DNA of 63,249 bases, filler included, from Octopus bimaculoides (lineage: Eukaryota): the NCBI RefSeq assembly GCF_001194135.2. It is 5 parts of 5 records of this genome, joined end to end, with 100 filler letters (N's around TTAATTAATTAA, not from the genome) between each part and the next. Parts side by side here need not be neighbours in the genome. Positions count along the whole stretch, not along the records: positions 1 to 18,689 come from NC_068985.1; positions 18,790 to 38,374 come from NC_068991.1; 3 more parts are not named here. The stretch is one strand, 5' to 3'. The position numbers were made by a program, and so were the translations under genes. A model generated the notes under the pieces. The model had not been told where the DNA came from. It worked only from the letters and a program-made list of their open reading frames with translations, and searched no databases. This document shows positions 14,101-27,493 of the stretch, one piece after another (positions within the stretch are counted from its first letter, which is position 1; each line of letters starts with the position of its first letter).

Positions 14101-15219
14101 TGTGCGGGCGCGTATGTCAGTGTATGGCTATGTCTATGTATATATAAATGTATATATAAATATATATNNNNNNNNNNNNNNNNNNNNNNNNNNNNNNNNN
14201 NNNNNNNNNNNNNNNNNNNNNNNNNNNNNNNNNNNNNNNNNNNNNNNNNNNNNNNNNNNNNNNNNNNNNNNNNNNNNNNNNNNNNNNNNNNNNNNNNNNN
14301 NNNNNNNNNNNNNNNNNNNNNNNNNNNNNNNNNNNNNNNNNNNNNNNNNNNNNNNNNNNNNATATATATATATATATACACGTATATATACTACCTGGTG
14401 GATTTGGTTAAAGGCTATTTCCTATGTATATTTTGAATAATAAAAAGAACTAAAAATAAAAAAAAACAAAGATTCTAAAAACCAAAAAAACGTAAGAACA
14501 ACCCAAAAACAATACGATGCCTAAGGATTTTGCGGGTCGATATTGTAAAACTAACTTCACGTGTGTACCCATAGCCCCATGTCGTCACGGAACCTTATTT
14601 GTGGTATAACCTCGCCTTAAAAGAAAAATATATGGTAGTGCGGTTGTTGTATTGGCGACACAAGAATGTTAATCCAAACTGTTCAAGATCAATCATAGGT
14701 TGGACGTTCATGCACTATGATTAGAATTGTGAATTTAAATTATTGAAAATGCGTTCCCGGATGGATATAATTGCGCAGAGTCCGTTTGTCTCAATATGGA
14801 AAAGCTGCTTGAATGTCGACGTTTGAAAACATTTGTAACTGAAGTTAAAAAAAAACATAATAATTAGAAAGAGCGTAAGCTATAGCTTTTTTTTTTAATG
14901 CACAAAAAATTAAAATTATTTTTTTTCTGTGCCTCTGATTAAAATTTTCGAAAAACAAACCCAGCCACATTACTTGGAAAGAAATAATCTTTATTGTGCT
15001 GGTTTTTCGTAAAATTTCGCGCAAGGGAAAAGCAACAACATCGCCCCTTCCCACTTTGAATGGGATATTCCTATCTTAAAAAGTAATAATTGATTATCTC
15101 GGTAACCATGGGAGTTGGAGGGCAATACAAATCTCCTGAGCATGAGCGGACCATGCTGCCGCTCTGTGCTGAATTCCACGCGATTCCACTGCACCGTTCT
15201 CGAGTGAATCTGCCGACAC

Positions 15220-15250
<31 letters not shown>

Positions 15251-17487
15251 GGCAAGCAATCAAGAACACTGCAATTTATAGTATACATATTACTCAAAGA
15301 AATTCCAACTCTGTTTTTCACGTTTTATTTATAAACTTATAATGTTCATATAAGATATAAAATAATATAGTAAAAAGAAATGAAATGAAGTGTTGTCTAT
15401 TCTTATTGAACAAATGAAATATTAGATGTCCATTCTTATTGAACTAGAATACTTTCTGCCATTTATGCAATCTTCAGGTTTCATATAGTGGTGTTGATAG
15501 TTGTATTCATTGGTTTCAACTATGGTTGACTGGTTGAATTTTGTCCTTTATATACATTCCTGTGGATAGAAGTAGTAATTGCTTGGCTATTTTTAGAAAT
15601 GATGCCAAACCATTTTTTAGTGGGTTTTTTTTTTAGATATGTTGACAGCAGTACTTCTTAGAGAATTTTATTTTTTAGGTATGGCGATAAGATTTTTAAA
15701 CCTTAAATAATTTTTATCATTGTTTATTAAGATTGGTTTGAATTTATCAATAAAGTCCTTTTCTCTTGATTGTCTTAGCCCGTTTGCCTTCGGACGCTTG
15801 CGTTTTGTTAGTTATTATCAGTGTATTTTGGCGATTTAAATGAAAGTTTTGACTGTTATTTCCAGCAGGTAAACATACTTAGTATAACCTTTGATTAATT
15901 TTAATCCTTTAGTTATATATATACAATGCTTCTAGACCATTGCGTGTGTGTTAAGGGGAGAGAGATAGAGAGAAAAACACGTGTGGTTTGTGAGCATGTT
16001 AGTGTGCATGTAATTTCGTAAATATTTGTGTGTGAAGGTATATAGTCATTACGTCCGGATGAAAATATAGAAGTACATGATAACCATTATGCAATATAGC
16101 AGTCTGATTTTTACATGATAAATTGCTGTTTTAATTATATATTACACGTTCATTAATCTCTGTCTCGTATTCGATGATATTTTGATATTAATTTAAGTCA
16201 TGACCAAGCAATGTTTTAATAAGTCACTTATAAGATTATTATCGAAACGTAATGCTCGTTTACGCTCGGAAATTTTTTTTACTAATATTCGCAAATTAAT
16301 AACGGGGTGGAGAAAACAAATGAGCCATATTTATGATGCAAAAATGAAATATTGTAATCATGATATATATATATAACTTCATCATGCAATTGTTTCTTAT
16401 TTTGTATGCTTTGCTATTTATATGAATAGATATACATTTCCAATCTTCACATAAAAATTACTGCAGCACGTATATCGATTTTTGAGGGCATGAAAGAGAC
16501 ACAGGCATATTAGATATAACCAAATTTCAGATGCGCATAAATAAGAAAACAACAAAACAAAACAAAAACGCTTTTAGCGACTTAAAGCATGTAATATTTA
16601 AAGCATGTAAGAGGTAGATTATAAAACATTACAAAACTACTTAAGTAGAAAGTTTGTATGTATAAGTAATAATGATAATGCTGAAATGTTATAATTATGG
16701 AGCTTTGTAGAAAAACCACTTGGTTAAAATTAGTTTATTAGAAGTGATTGTCCGGGATAAAATTAGCTTACGGGGCTCAAGTTTGCATATAAGATTCGGA
16801 GCTATATTGTAGACATTTTTTCCTGAAAAAAGTGCGTTTAATATGACATCAAATACGGTAAGAAGATAATTACATAATAAAATCTTTTGAAATGGAATCA
16901 TATTTTCATAACGGAGTTTTAGCTATTAACTCCGTTACTGGTTGAAAACATGAAGTTATATTTATTGATAATACATTTTTTCTAACTAAAGCAAACAGGA
17001 ACCTGACTGAATAACAAAACTTGACACACGATTAGTGAATCCTATTTCCACAAGATAACATTAAAACACTATCCATATAAACAATAAAGATTTTCAAAGG
17101 CCAAGATGAGAAATGGTACTTGTCATTTCCGCTTTTGGTGATGCAGTAACCAGAGTCTGACTCATTGAAAACCTGTGTGTAATCTAATGCACAACGAAGT
17201 TACTGTTCACCGGTATATTATCGTATATTATAGAGAGAAAGTGAAAAAAAGTCTTAGTTAACACCTCTCTATGCACCAATAAAAGTTAAGAACAGGCAAG
17301 TTATTGTGAAATGACATATGAATTAGTTCATATGTAGATTTGTGTTTCAGGAACACTTATAGCCATGTAAATAAAAGTGAATTAATGTATTACACACGTT
17401 CTCACTTGAACTCTGATATGGAGAAAAGAAATGGAGATTTATGAGCTAAGAGCTGAAAATCTTATTTCGAAGGTTTTACCGTATGTA

Positions 17488-17973
17488 TACGAGGATAGGC
17501 CGAGTGGTTCATGGCCTGATTATGAAAGAGTGATTGTAGAGTTGTGACATCTTACATGCATTAATTTCAACCATTCGTAATCATGTTTTATTTTAGGTAC
17601 ACTGGCATCTTCCTATTTAAAGAGTACTTCAAAAGTAAGTAGTACTGACTTCTTCAAAATCGATAAAATTTGGTATCGTGGTGTTATAAAGTACCTGCGC
17701 AAAAACGACTTCCTTTGTTTCAATGTTTGCTTTGCGTGACTCTGCCTTTGAACTGATTGATCAGCTCCTCTATTCTCCTGATCTAATCGCATCTGCTCCC
17801 CAAGAGAAGAAACACTTGGCTGGTATCCAGTACCGTAGTGCTGATGACGTCATATATGATGTCTAAGATGAAATATTCAAGCACTGCAACACTGATGGAA
17901 AAAGCGTGTGGACCGCAAGGGGACTATGTTCCCATGAGAATTTTATCCTATGACCTTTTAATCCAGCCCTCGT
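17488..17973 (+). mobile_element. Internally deleted mariner (Tc1/mariner) relic
   Basis: Begins TA|tacgagg. N-terminal KIWYRGVIKYL is joined to C-terminal FELID..YSPDL..KKHLAGIQYRSADDV and QALQH*WKKRVDRKGDYV. Degenerate right TIR cctatgacctttt...ccctcgt. Confidence 0.85.
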
Positions 17974-18789
17974 TGCGAGTGAAATATACTTAAAAAGGCT
18001 GCAAGCTAATTGTGAATTGGGTCTAATTTCTGGATTAAAGCCATAAAAAGATTTTTTTCCTCTGTCAACATAATACACGAGAATATACATACAAATAATT
18101 ATACATACCCGTACAAAGCAGATTCACATGTCTGCATTACAATATTTGCATGTATAGATTGAAGATAAGTTAGATGTATACTTTTTCATGACAACTACGT
18201 GTATATTATCAAAATACCTTAGCAGGAAATATGAAAATGGACAAAAGTTCCATATATATATATATATATATATATATTCGTTTGATTTTCTCAGAAGCTT
18301 AATCCTCCTAGCTTAAGTCTCTGGCACTTGCCAGATTCGAGCAGTATATGTACACGTATATGTATAGATATATATATAGATATAGATCTATATGCATACA
18401 TGTATATGTATACATATGTGTAGATGTATATATATATAGGTGTACATCTAATATGTACACATATATAAATGCATACAGATATCTATACATATATACACCC
18501 ATACACACACACATATATATGCACACAAACACACACATTCATTTGTTTTCTTATCCAAAACTACGTCAAAAGTATTGAATGGATCTTTAAGAAATCTGGA
18601 AATTATATTCTATGCATAATGGCCATAACCCCCATGAAAATTCATATATTTTTTCCTAAGCAAAGACGAATACAGTTGTACCATTGGTANNNNNNNNNNN
18701 NNNNNNNNNNNNNNNNNNNNNNNNNNNNNNNNNTTAATTAATTAANNNNNNNNNNNNNNNNNNNNNNNNNNNNNNNNNNNNNNNNNNNN

Positions 18790-18853
<64 letters not shown>

Positions 18854-19442
18854 CAGAGGCAAGGATAGAATGATCAAGTGATCTAGTAAAGAGATGGGGG
18901 AGGAGGAAGAAGAGAGAGAAATGGAAAGTAAGGTGAGATAAACATAGTGTGTGGGAAACAGGAATTAGGATGTAAAATACTGAGATTTTGGTTATAGAAT
19001 GAACGCCATAGTTACTAGGACCATTTCTTTATGATTAGTCAGTTCAAAATCACATTCCATGGCTTCTCAGAACACCCTGGTTTAAATACAAGGTGTATAT
19101 TTTCAGACATGCTAAAAATATGTTCATTGAACATATGAGACACAGGTGTGGTTGTGTGGTCAAGAAGTTTGCTTTCCAACCACATGGTTTTGGGTTCAGT
19201 CCCATAGAATGGCACTTTGGTCCAAGTGTTTTCTATTATAGCCCCAGGTGCTATGTGAGTGGATTAGAATAAGTACCAAGCATGAAAAATTAATAAGTGC
19301 TAGGATTGATTCTTCTGACTAAAATTCTTCCACAATGGCGAAACATGTACAGGGAAGGAAGAAAACAAATGGCATAAATTGCATGTTGTGTTCATCCTAT
19401 GTACACACAAACACACACACATACATATATATACATATATAC

Positions 19443-19601
19443 TACGGGCTTCTTTCAGTTTCCGTCTACCAAATCCACTCACAAGGCTTTGGTCGGCCCG
19501 AGGCTATAGTGGAAGACACTTGCCCAAGATGCCACGCAGTGGGACTGAACCCGGAACCATATGGTTGGTAAGCAAGCTACTTACCACACAGCCACTCCTG
19601 C
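19443..19601 (-). mobile_element. SINE family A head and core, young-looking
   Basis: Reverse complement of ggagtggctgtgtggtaagtagcttgcttacc...ggttccgggttcagtcccactgcgtggca...gaaagaagcccgt, with CpGs intact. Confidence 0.9.
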
Positions 19602-20083
19602 TGTATACACACAGACACACACACACACACACAGATTACTGAACCAGTAGTGAGAGTCTTCTTCTGGAAGTTTCTTATAGAGAAAAATTATAGAGAAAAG
19701 TATATTAAGATGGTTATTTACAATTGCAAAAGAATTCTATAAGAAGAAGGAAAAAGATGTATATTTATTATTTTGGAGTAAAGAAGAGAAATTCTTAGAA
19801 ATATGGCTGGTAGTTAGCTAAGGTAGGGTGTGTGGGAACAGAAGAAAAGTTGAAAGTGGGGGATGGTCAGTTGGATTGGAGAATCACGAGGATGGTTTTG
19901 GAGTTTAATTCAATTTATCAAAGTCATGGAAGAGGTACCCGAGGATTCTACCCCAAAGACACTCCCATGAATAATGGGAGGTGAAAATGGATGAATGGAT
20001 GGATGGTTGTCAAGGAGATAGTGAAAAATATTGGAGAAGGCAGAAATTGGGTTTTGGTTCTTGTTTAGCAGGTTTTTGTCTGT

Positions 20084-20190
20084 ATGTGTAGGTGTATCCT
20101 TTTGGGATCATGTGTAGGTGTACCCTTTTTGGATAATGTGTAGGTGTACCCTTTTTGGATAATGTGTAGGTGTACCCTTTTTGGATCATG
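20084..20190 (+). repeat. 26-bp minisatellite, 4 copies
   Basis: Unit ATGTGTAGGTGTACCCTTTTTGGAT(A/C) starts at 20084, 20110, 20136 and 20162. Confidence 0.95.
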
Positions 20191-20944
20191 TTTTGTGATA
20201 TAGATCTGTTGTGTGTGTGTATTTGTTTGTTTATGGCTGTTCCTGTACATGTGTGTGTGTGCTTGCATATCCATTTATTTGTGCACTTGTGTGTGTGTGT
20301 GTCTGTGTGTGCATACATATCTATTTATTTGTATGTGTGCTTGTGTGTATGTGTATTAAGTTATTTAAAAAAAAATTTCTGAAAATATGGGGGAAGTTTA
20401 ATATAGTGCGTTAAACAGGTTCAAATAAAGATTTAAATTTATAGTTTTTCAAGATATATATATATATATATTTTTTATATCTTCTTATATTTCTATTAAA
20501 CCAGAATATTTTGTATTAATTTGTTTAAGACATTAATTTCTTATACATTTATGTTTTGTGTTGTGTAAGTTCATGTGGAGAGTACGTGTGTGTGCACATG
20601 TGTGTGGATAGCTGTGCGTTTGCGTATATATATGTGTGAGTGTGGGTAGAAGTGTAAATGTGTGTGTGAGTGTGGTTGTGTACATGTTTATTTGCTCAGA
20701 TTTAAAGATTTTTAAAGAGTATAAGGTAATATTTAAACTAGCGATTCTAAATAAAGATTTTAATTCAAAGTTTCTTGAAATGTTTTGAATATGAACTGTA
20801 TAATTCTTTTTAATGCATAACAGCATATTTGATATTTATACCATTTAATACATTTTATTTAAAATTCAATATATTTCATTTTATACATTCATTTCATTTA
20901 ACAGGTTCTGATATGGCTTTATAGGCACATGCATATAAAGCCAC

Positions 20945-21097
20945 ATATGTGTGGCTGTGTGGCTAAAAAGCTTGCTTTGCAACAGAGTGGCTTCCAGTTC
21001 AGTTCCACTGCATGACACTTTGGCCAAGTGTCTCTTCTACAATAGCTCTGGGTTGACCAAAGCCTTGTCAATGGACATGGCAAATGAAAACTGAAAC
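20945..21097 (+). mobile_element. SINE family A head, diverged
   Basis: gtggctgtgtggctaaaaagcttgc...gaccaaagccttgt. Confidence 0.75.
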
Positions 21098-21522
21098 CAA
21101 CTTGTAGGTTATAAAATGAGAATCATCAACATGCAAGCAATGTTGTTTATTTTCAGTCTTTCATAAAAAAAAACATGTCTGGCCATAAAGACTGATTGCC
21201 TAACTTGGAAACAGGTGAGGGCTGACAGCAACAAGGGCATCTGGCAGGAAGAAATGTCTCAACAATGTTCATCATCTGACCTGAGCCAGTCAATGCCTTG
21301 TGAATGAATTTGGCTGATGGAAACTGTCTGGAAGCCCATTGTGTACACACACACACACACACAAACACGTTATTTTGAGTCAGAAGAATGAGAAAAGAGT
21401 GCTCAATACATGTTGTAGAGGATATGGGTTTCCTCTTTTATTAAAACTGAAACTGACAATTCATGACTCGTTTCATGCCACTGTGATCTGTATGTATTAT
21501 GCATGTGTGTTTGTGTGTGTGC

Positions 21523-21555
<33 letters not shown>

Positions 21556-22687
21556 NNNNNNNNNNNNNNNNNNNNNNNNNNNNNNNNNNNNNNNNNNNNN
21601 NNNNNNNNNNNNNNNNNNNNNNNNNNNNNNNNNNNNNNNNNNNNNNNNNNNNNNNNNNNNNNNNNNNNNNNNNNNNNNNNNNNNNNNNNNNNNNNNNNNN
21701 NNNNNNNNNNNNNNNNNNNNNNNNNNNNNNNNNNNNNNNNNNNNNNNNNNNNNNNNNNNNNNNNNNNNNNNNNNNNNNNNNNNNNNNNNNNNNNNNNNNN
21801 NNNNNNNNNNNNNNNNNNNNNNNNNNNNNNNNNNNNNNNNNNNNNNNNNNNNNNNNNNNNNNNNNNNNNNNNNNNNNNNNNNNNNNNNNNNNNNNNNNNN
21901 NNNNNNNNNNNNNNNNNNNNNNNNNNNNNNNNNNNNNNNNNNNNNNNNNNNNNNNNNNNNNNNNNNNNNNNNNNNNNNNNNNNNNNNNNNNNNNNNNNNN
22001 NNNNNNNNNAAAAAAAAGTATAACATGAGCAAATTTAAGGTAAAATGTCTTTAAGAGATAATTAATGAAATTAACAATTGCAAAAATAAATAAATAAAAT
22101 ATGAAATGCTTTAGATAAATAAATTATTAAAAAGAAAAAAAATGAAGAAAGCACATCACTTAAGGTCATGTTGTAAAGCTTTTAACACCTTCACATGTGA
22201 TATTTAACCCTTTCCCAGTCAAGCTGAGTCATGCCACATGTTCTTGAGAACATGGATTCCTCACCATTTCCATCATCGTGTTTAACATCCATATTATATG
22301 CTTGCATGGGTGGATGGAATTTGTTGAGACAGATTTTCTATGGCCGGATGCCCTTTCAGTCACCAGCCTTCACCTGTTTCCAAGCAAGGTAATATTTCTG
22401 CATGGCTAGACATGTTTTCCGTGGAAGACTGGAATCTAACAACATTGCTGGTATGATAGCTATCATGTGATGATGTCAAGACAAGATGTACCTTCTTCTT
22501 TATTCCTTAATTTCAAATTCAAACTGATAATCTTGCCAAGTATTATGTAGAAATGATAATCTCCCTTGTTAATACTGGCCACCAGGGGACACCATATCTT
22601 TTTGTTTAGTTGTGTACTAAACACCAGTTCCATAAACCAGTTAATAATGATTTAAGAACAGAACATCTATAGTCATTTGCTGTGCTA

Positions 22688-23045
22688 GAAATAGCAGCCA
22701 ACCAAATATTCCTCAAATACCATTCTATCATTATGAAATGGAAGGACACATTGGTTGATACAGTTCAAGATAAACTATGACCACATGGTTGGAAATAGCA
22801 GTTAAATCTCTTTCGGATACAAACTTATCACTAATGGAAGGACACATTAGTTAATATAGCTCAAGATATACTATGTTTGTAAGAAAAACAGAATGGCCAA
22901 GGTTGGGAAATAGTAGTCAAATCTCCCTCAAACACAAGCCTATCATCTTAATAATGGAAAAACACGTTAGTTAATTTAGTTCTAGATATATTATGCTTGT
23001 AAGTAAAAAGAGGATGGCCTTTTTTAAAGCATCTTTTGTTATAGG
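22688..23045 (+). repeat. Three tandem ~104-135-bp units derived from SINE family E
   Basis: gaaatag(c/t)ag...tggaa(gg/aa)acac.tt(g/a)gtt recurs at 22688, 22792 and 22907. Confidence 0.8.
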
Positions 23046-23614
23046 AAATGCAGAGAATAACTCATGCTGTTGCATTCACTGTGATGCCTGTGATGTTAAA
23101 TGTTAATCCATAGATTTGCAGTATGATTTCGTTAACAGCTGAGTCTTTCCTCAGATTAACTGGTGCTGCAACCAATTAATGCCATCAATTTATGGACCAA
23201 TCACAGGTATGTCTAATTTGTTAACACAGCACCAGCTTCCATGGCAACAAAAAGCAACAACAACAACAGCGGCTGTAATAGCAGCAGCCTTTGTCATCAC
23301 ATTTTCAACCAATCAATTTCTGTGCCATCTTCTTTAACACAACTGGCATCTATAGCTGAGCCTATATAACTCTTTTACTAGCTTCACTCATTAAATTGTG
23401 GCCATGTTGGAGCATCAACTTAAAGCATTTTAGTAGAAAAAATTGGAGGTACATGACTTTGTGAGTACAGTGTTGCACTCATGATCACAAAATTGTGGTT
23501 TCAATTCTTGGACTGGGCGATGCGTTGTATTCTTGAGCAAAACATTTCATTTCATGTTGCTCCAGTCTACTCAGCTGGTAAAAATGAATCCAAAGAGGAA
23601 TATATATATGTATG

Positions 23615-23699
<85 letters not shown>

Positions 23700-25320
23700 T
23701 GGTTGTCTACTCCTTAAACAGAGTTTGACCACCTCTTGCACCTACACCTTAGCCCTTTCATGGCGTCTGATGTGGCTTTTTAAACCAGACAGTGTTTTGA
23801 AAAAACACCCACACAGATTGCACCTCTGATTTGCACTACCAATACCTGCAAGTAAGTTCTGCTCATTGTGGATCCTAACATGTCTTTTATATATGCCAGA
23901 GAGAACAAGCAGCCAGCCTTCTGCTCCTTATGGAGTAATGTGGACTAACCAACTCAACCAACTAGTTCACTCAGTTGAAAATGAGTTCCAGCAATATTAG
24001 GGGAGTTAACTCTACAATAAACCTATGTCCTGCTCACATACACATGTACAACAAGATCTTAAACAAACAAACGCGGCCTCTATAACGGACTAAGTTAATA
24101 GTCACTGGAAAGGTCACAAGAAGCAACGAAAGAGCTTTGACAAACAAGAGCAATACAATTAACCAATTAACTAATCATAAATGAGTGGAACTGAACCAGT
24201 GTGTGTTAATTATATTGGCATAATGACCCTCCCTAGACACAACAATAATGTTGTAAACCCAGTCACTTGTATACCATGGAAACCAACCTAATCTAACCTA
24301 TGGAGACCAGACAGAGAGTGATGTGGGATCTAACCATCATGGCTAATTATCATAATAAATTATCATAAATTATCATAATAATATGTCATAATACTGTGGG
24401 GTAATGTCTCCCCAAAATGGCACTAAGGGTGCTTTGTATGACTGTAAGAGAAGTGGGGTTACTGCCATTGTCTAAGGATTTCTTCAAAAAGTGGTTTTAG
24501 TCAGGAAGTACCGGTGTTGTAAGGCAGGAAATTAAGATTGCTCTTACCTCAAGTCCAAGCAACAAACCCTCAAAGCATCAGATCACAGAAAAACCAGCAA
24601 CCCTCACAGATGTAATCATGTGTAAGCTCTCCCCAAACCACTGGCCAGTAAGGACTACTGCCCTACACTCGCTCCCAGTGCACGTCTTAACCTTATCGCA
24701 GACCCTGTAGGAAAGGGAGTGTTTGAACCCATTGCTTCTTGACTTGACAGCATTTCCTCCACCTTCTGGTCCCTCCAAGACATCACATCCCTTCCTTTCC
24801 AGTCACTCATCTTTCCTCCACAAGTACTTAGCTGGGACTGGAGTCTCTACATGGAAGAATAGGGTAGTTAGTTGATTAGCCATTTAACCTTGAAGAGAGC
24901 AGATGCTCAGCTATTTAACCAAGAGCCATTATGGTAGACAACTGCAGTAGTCCGTCATGATGCAAAAGCTACTTGTTCTCTCCATCATGTCATTTGTGGA
25001 AGTTTCCATTGGTGAAAGTGGGTGTTGTTGTAGTAGTTGACCATGTGATATTCTAGGTGGGGTTACTACTGTAACAACCAATAAGATGTAAAGGCTACTG
25101 GTTGTGAAACCAGGGAGTAGGGTTGGAGGTGAGGATATCGAGGGTGGAGATGGCATGCTGTGCAACTTTGGGGACATTTTGCATCATTGCTTGCTCATAA
25201 CAAAAAATATAACGACATAACTACAAAAATAAGTGTGTACAGTATGTCAGCTTCATGTTATATATCTTATAATTTTTTTTATAGATATATAAATATACAT
25301 AGACATACATGTTATAATTG

Positions 25321-25362
<42 letters not shown>

Positions 25363-25372
25363 NNNNNNNNNN

Positions 25373-25411
<39 letters not shown>

Positions 25412-25578
25412 TATCTTATATAGATAGCTATATATATAAGCTATAATTATTATATAATTATTTTATAATAGTATATGTGTGTATATGTATATATCTATAC
25501 ATACATATATATGTATCTATCTATCTATATATATATATATATATATGCTTGCATTTTGGAAATGAGATATTTTTCTCC

Positions 25579-25624
<46 letters not shown>

Positions 25625-26566
25625 NNNNNNNNNNNNNNNNNNNNNNNNNNNNNNNNNNNNNNNNNNNNNNNNNNNNNNNNNNNNNNNNNNNNNNNNNNNN
25701 NNNNNNNNNNNNNNNNNNNNNNNNNNNNNNNNNNNNNNNNNNNNNNNNNNNNNNNNNNNNNNNNNNNNNNNNNNNNNNNNNNNNNNNNNNNNNNNNNNNN
25801 NNNNNNNNNNNNNNNNNNNNNNNNNNNNNNNNNNNNNNNNNNNNNNNNNNNNNNNNNNNNNNNNNNNNNNNNNNNNNNNNNNNNNNNNNNNNNNNNNNNN
25901 NNNNNNNNNNNNNNNNNNNNNNNNNNNNNNNNNNNNNNNNNNNNNNNNNNNNNNNNNNNNNNNNNNNNNNNNNNNNNNNNNNNNNNNNNNNNNNNNNNNN
26001 NNNNNNNNNNNNNNNNNNNNNNNNNNNNNNNNNNNNNNNNNNNNNNNNNNNNNNNNNNNNNNNNNNNNNNNNNNNNNNNNNNNNNNNNNNNNNNNNNNNN
26101 NNNNNNNNNNNNNNNNNNNNNNNNNNNNNNNNNNNNNNNNNNNNNNNNNNNNNNNNNNNNNNNNNNNNNNNNNNNNNNNNNNNNNNNNNNNNNNNNNNNN
26201 NNNNNNNNNNNNNNNNNNNNNNNNNNNNNNNNNNNNNNNNNNNNNNNNNNNNNNNNNNNNNNNNNNNNNNNNNNNNNNNNNNNNNNNNNNNNNNNNNNNN
26301 NNNNNNNNNNNNNNNNNNNNNNNNNNNNNNNNNNNNNNNNNNNNNNNNNNNNNNNNNNNNNNNNNNNNNNNNNNNNNNNNNNNNNNNNNNNNNNNNNNNN
26401 NNNNNNNNNNNNNNNNNNNNNNNNNNNNNNNNNNNNNNNNNNNNNNNNNNNNNNNNNNNNNNNNNNNNNNNNNNNNNNNNNNNNNNNNNNNNNNNNNNNN
26501 NNNNNNNNNNNNNNNNNNNNNNNNNNNNNNNNNNNNNNNNNNNNNNNNNNNNNNNNNNNNNNNNNN

Positions 26567-26933
26567 ATAAAGGGTAAAAGCCCTCCCTTTGATCATGAAT
26601 GACCCATGGGATTGCACCTAGAAAGTTCCCCGTTTCCTTCCGAGGCACAAGTCCGGGCGAGGTTGTTTGTAGAAGACCAGCAGTCATCCATGCATGCCAA
26701 TCTCCCTTTTCTCCTCACCAGTGATGTTGTCCAAGGGAAAGGCAAAGGTTGATACGGCTTGGCACCAGTGACGTTGCAACTCATTTGTACAGCAGAGCGA
26801 ACTGAAGCAACGTGAAATGAAGTGAAGGCGCATGACTCAGTCGTTGGAGTGATGGGCTCATAATCAAGAGGTAGTGAGTTCGATTCTCAGACCAGGCTGG
26901 GTGTTGTGTTCTTGAGCAAGATACTTTATTTTA
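26567..26933. mobile_element. SINE family C copy with inverted 5' head
   Basis: Body on minus (26567-26824) is joined directly to the head on plus (26825-26933); compare the intact copy at 34023-34398. Confidence 0.85.
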
Positions 26934-27020
26934 TGTGTGTGTGTGCGTGTGTACATATAAATACTATATATATACATATATGCTCACACACACACATGCA
27001 TACATATATACATATGTACA

Positions 27021-27056
<36 letters not shown>

Positions 27057-27461
27057 GGTATGTATGTATATATATATATATATATATATATNNNNNNNNN
27101 NNNNNNNNNNNNNNNNNNNNNNNNNNNNNNNNNNNNNNNNNNNNNNNNNNNNNNNNNNNNNNNNNNNNNNNNNNNNNNNNNNNNNNNNNNNNNNNNNNNN
27201 NNNNNNNNNNNNNNNNNNNNNNNNNNNNNNNNNNNNNNNNNNNNNNNNNNNNNNNNNNNNNNNNNNNNNNNNNNNNNNNNNNNNNNNNNNNNNNNNNNNN
27301 NNNNNNNNNNNNNNNNNNNNNNNNNNNNNNNNNNNNNNNNNNNNNNNNNNNNNNNNNNNNNNNNNNNNNNNNNNNNNNNNNNNNNNNNNNNNNNNNNNNN
27401 NNNNNNNNNNNNNNNNNNNNNNNNNNNNNNNNNNNNNNNNNNNNNNNNNNNNNNNNNNNNN

Positions 27462-27493
<32 letters not shown>

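Noticed and set aside
18734-18745. Recurrent TTAATTAATTAA motif (four copies)
   Set aside because: Always centred in 44N+44N; it is an assembly linker, not biology.
24400-25180. GC-richer stretch with short ORFs (similar at 13440-14070, 28450-28800 and 40600-41300)
   Set aside because: No convincing splice pair or recognisable domain. Probably very old LINE debris, but I could not assign a family.
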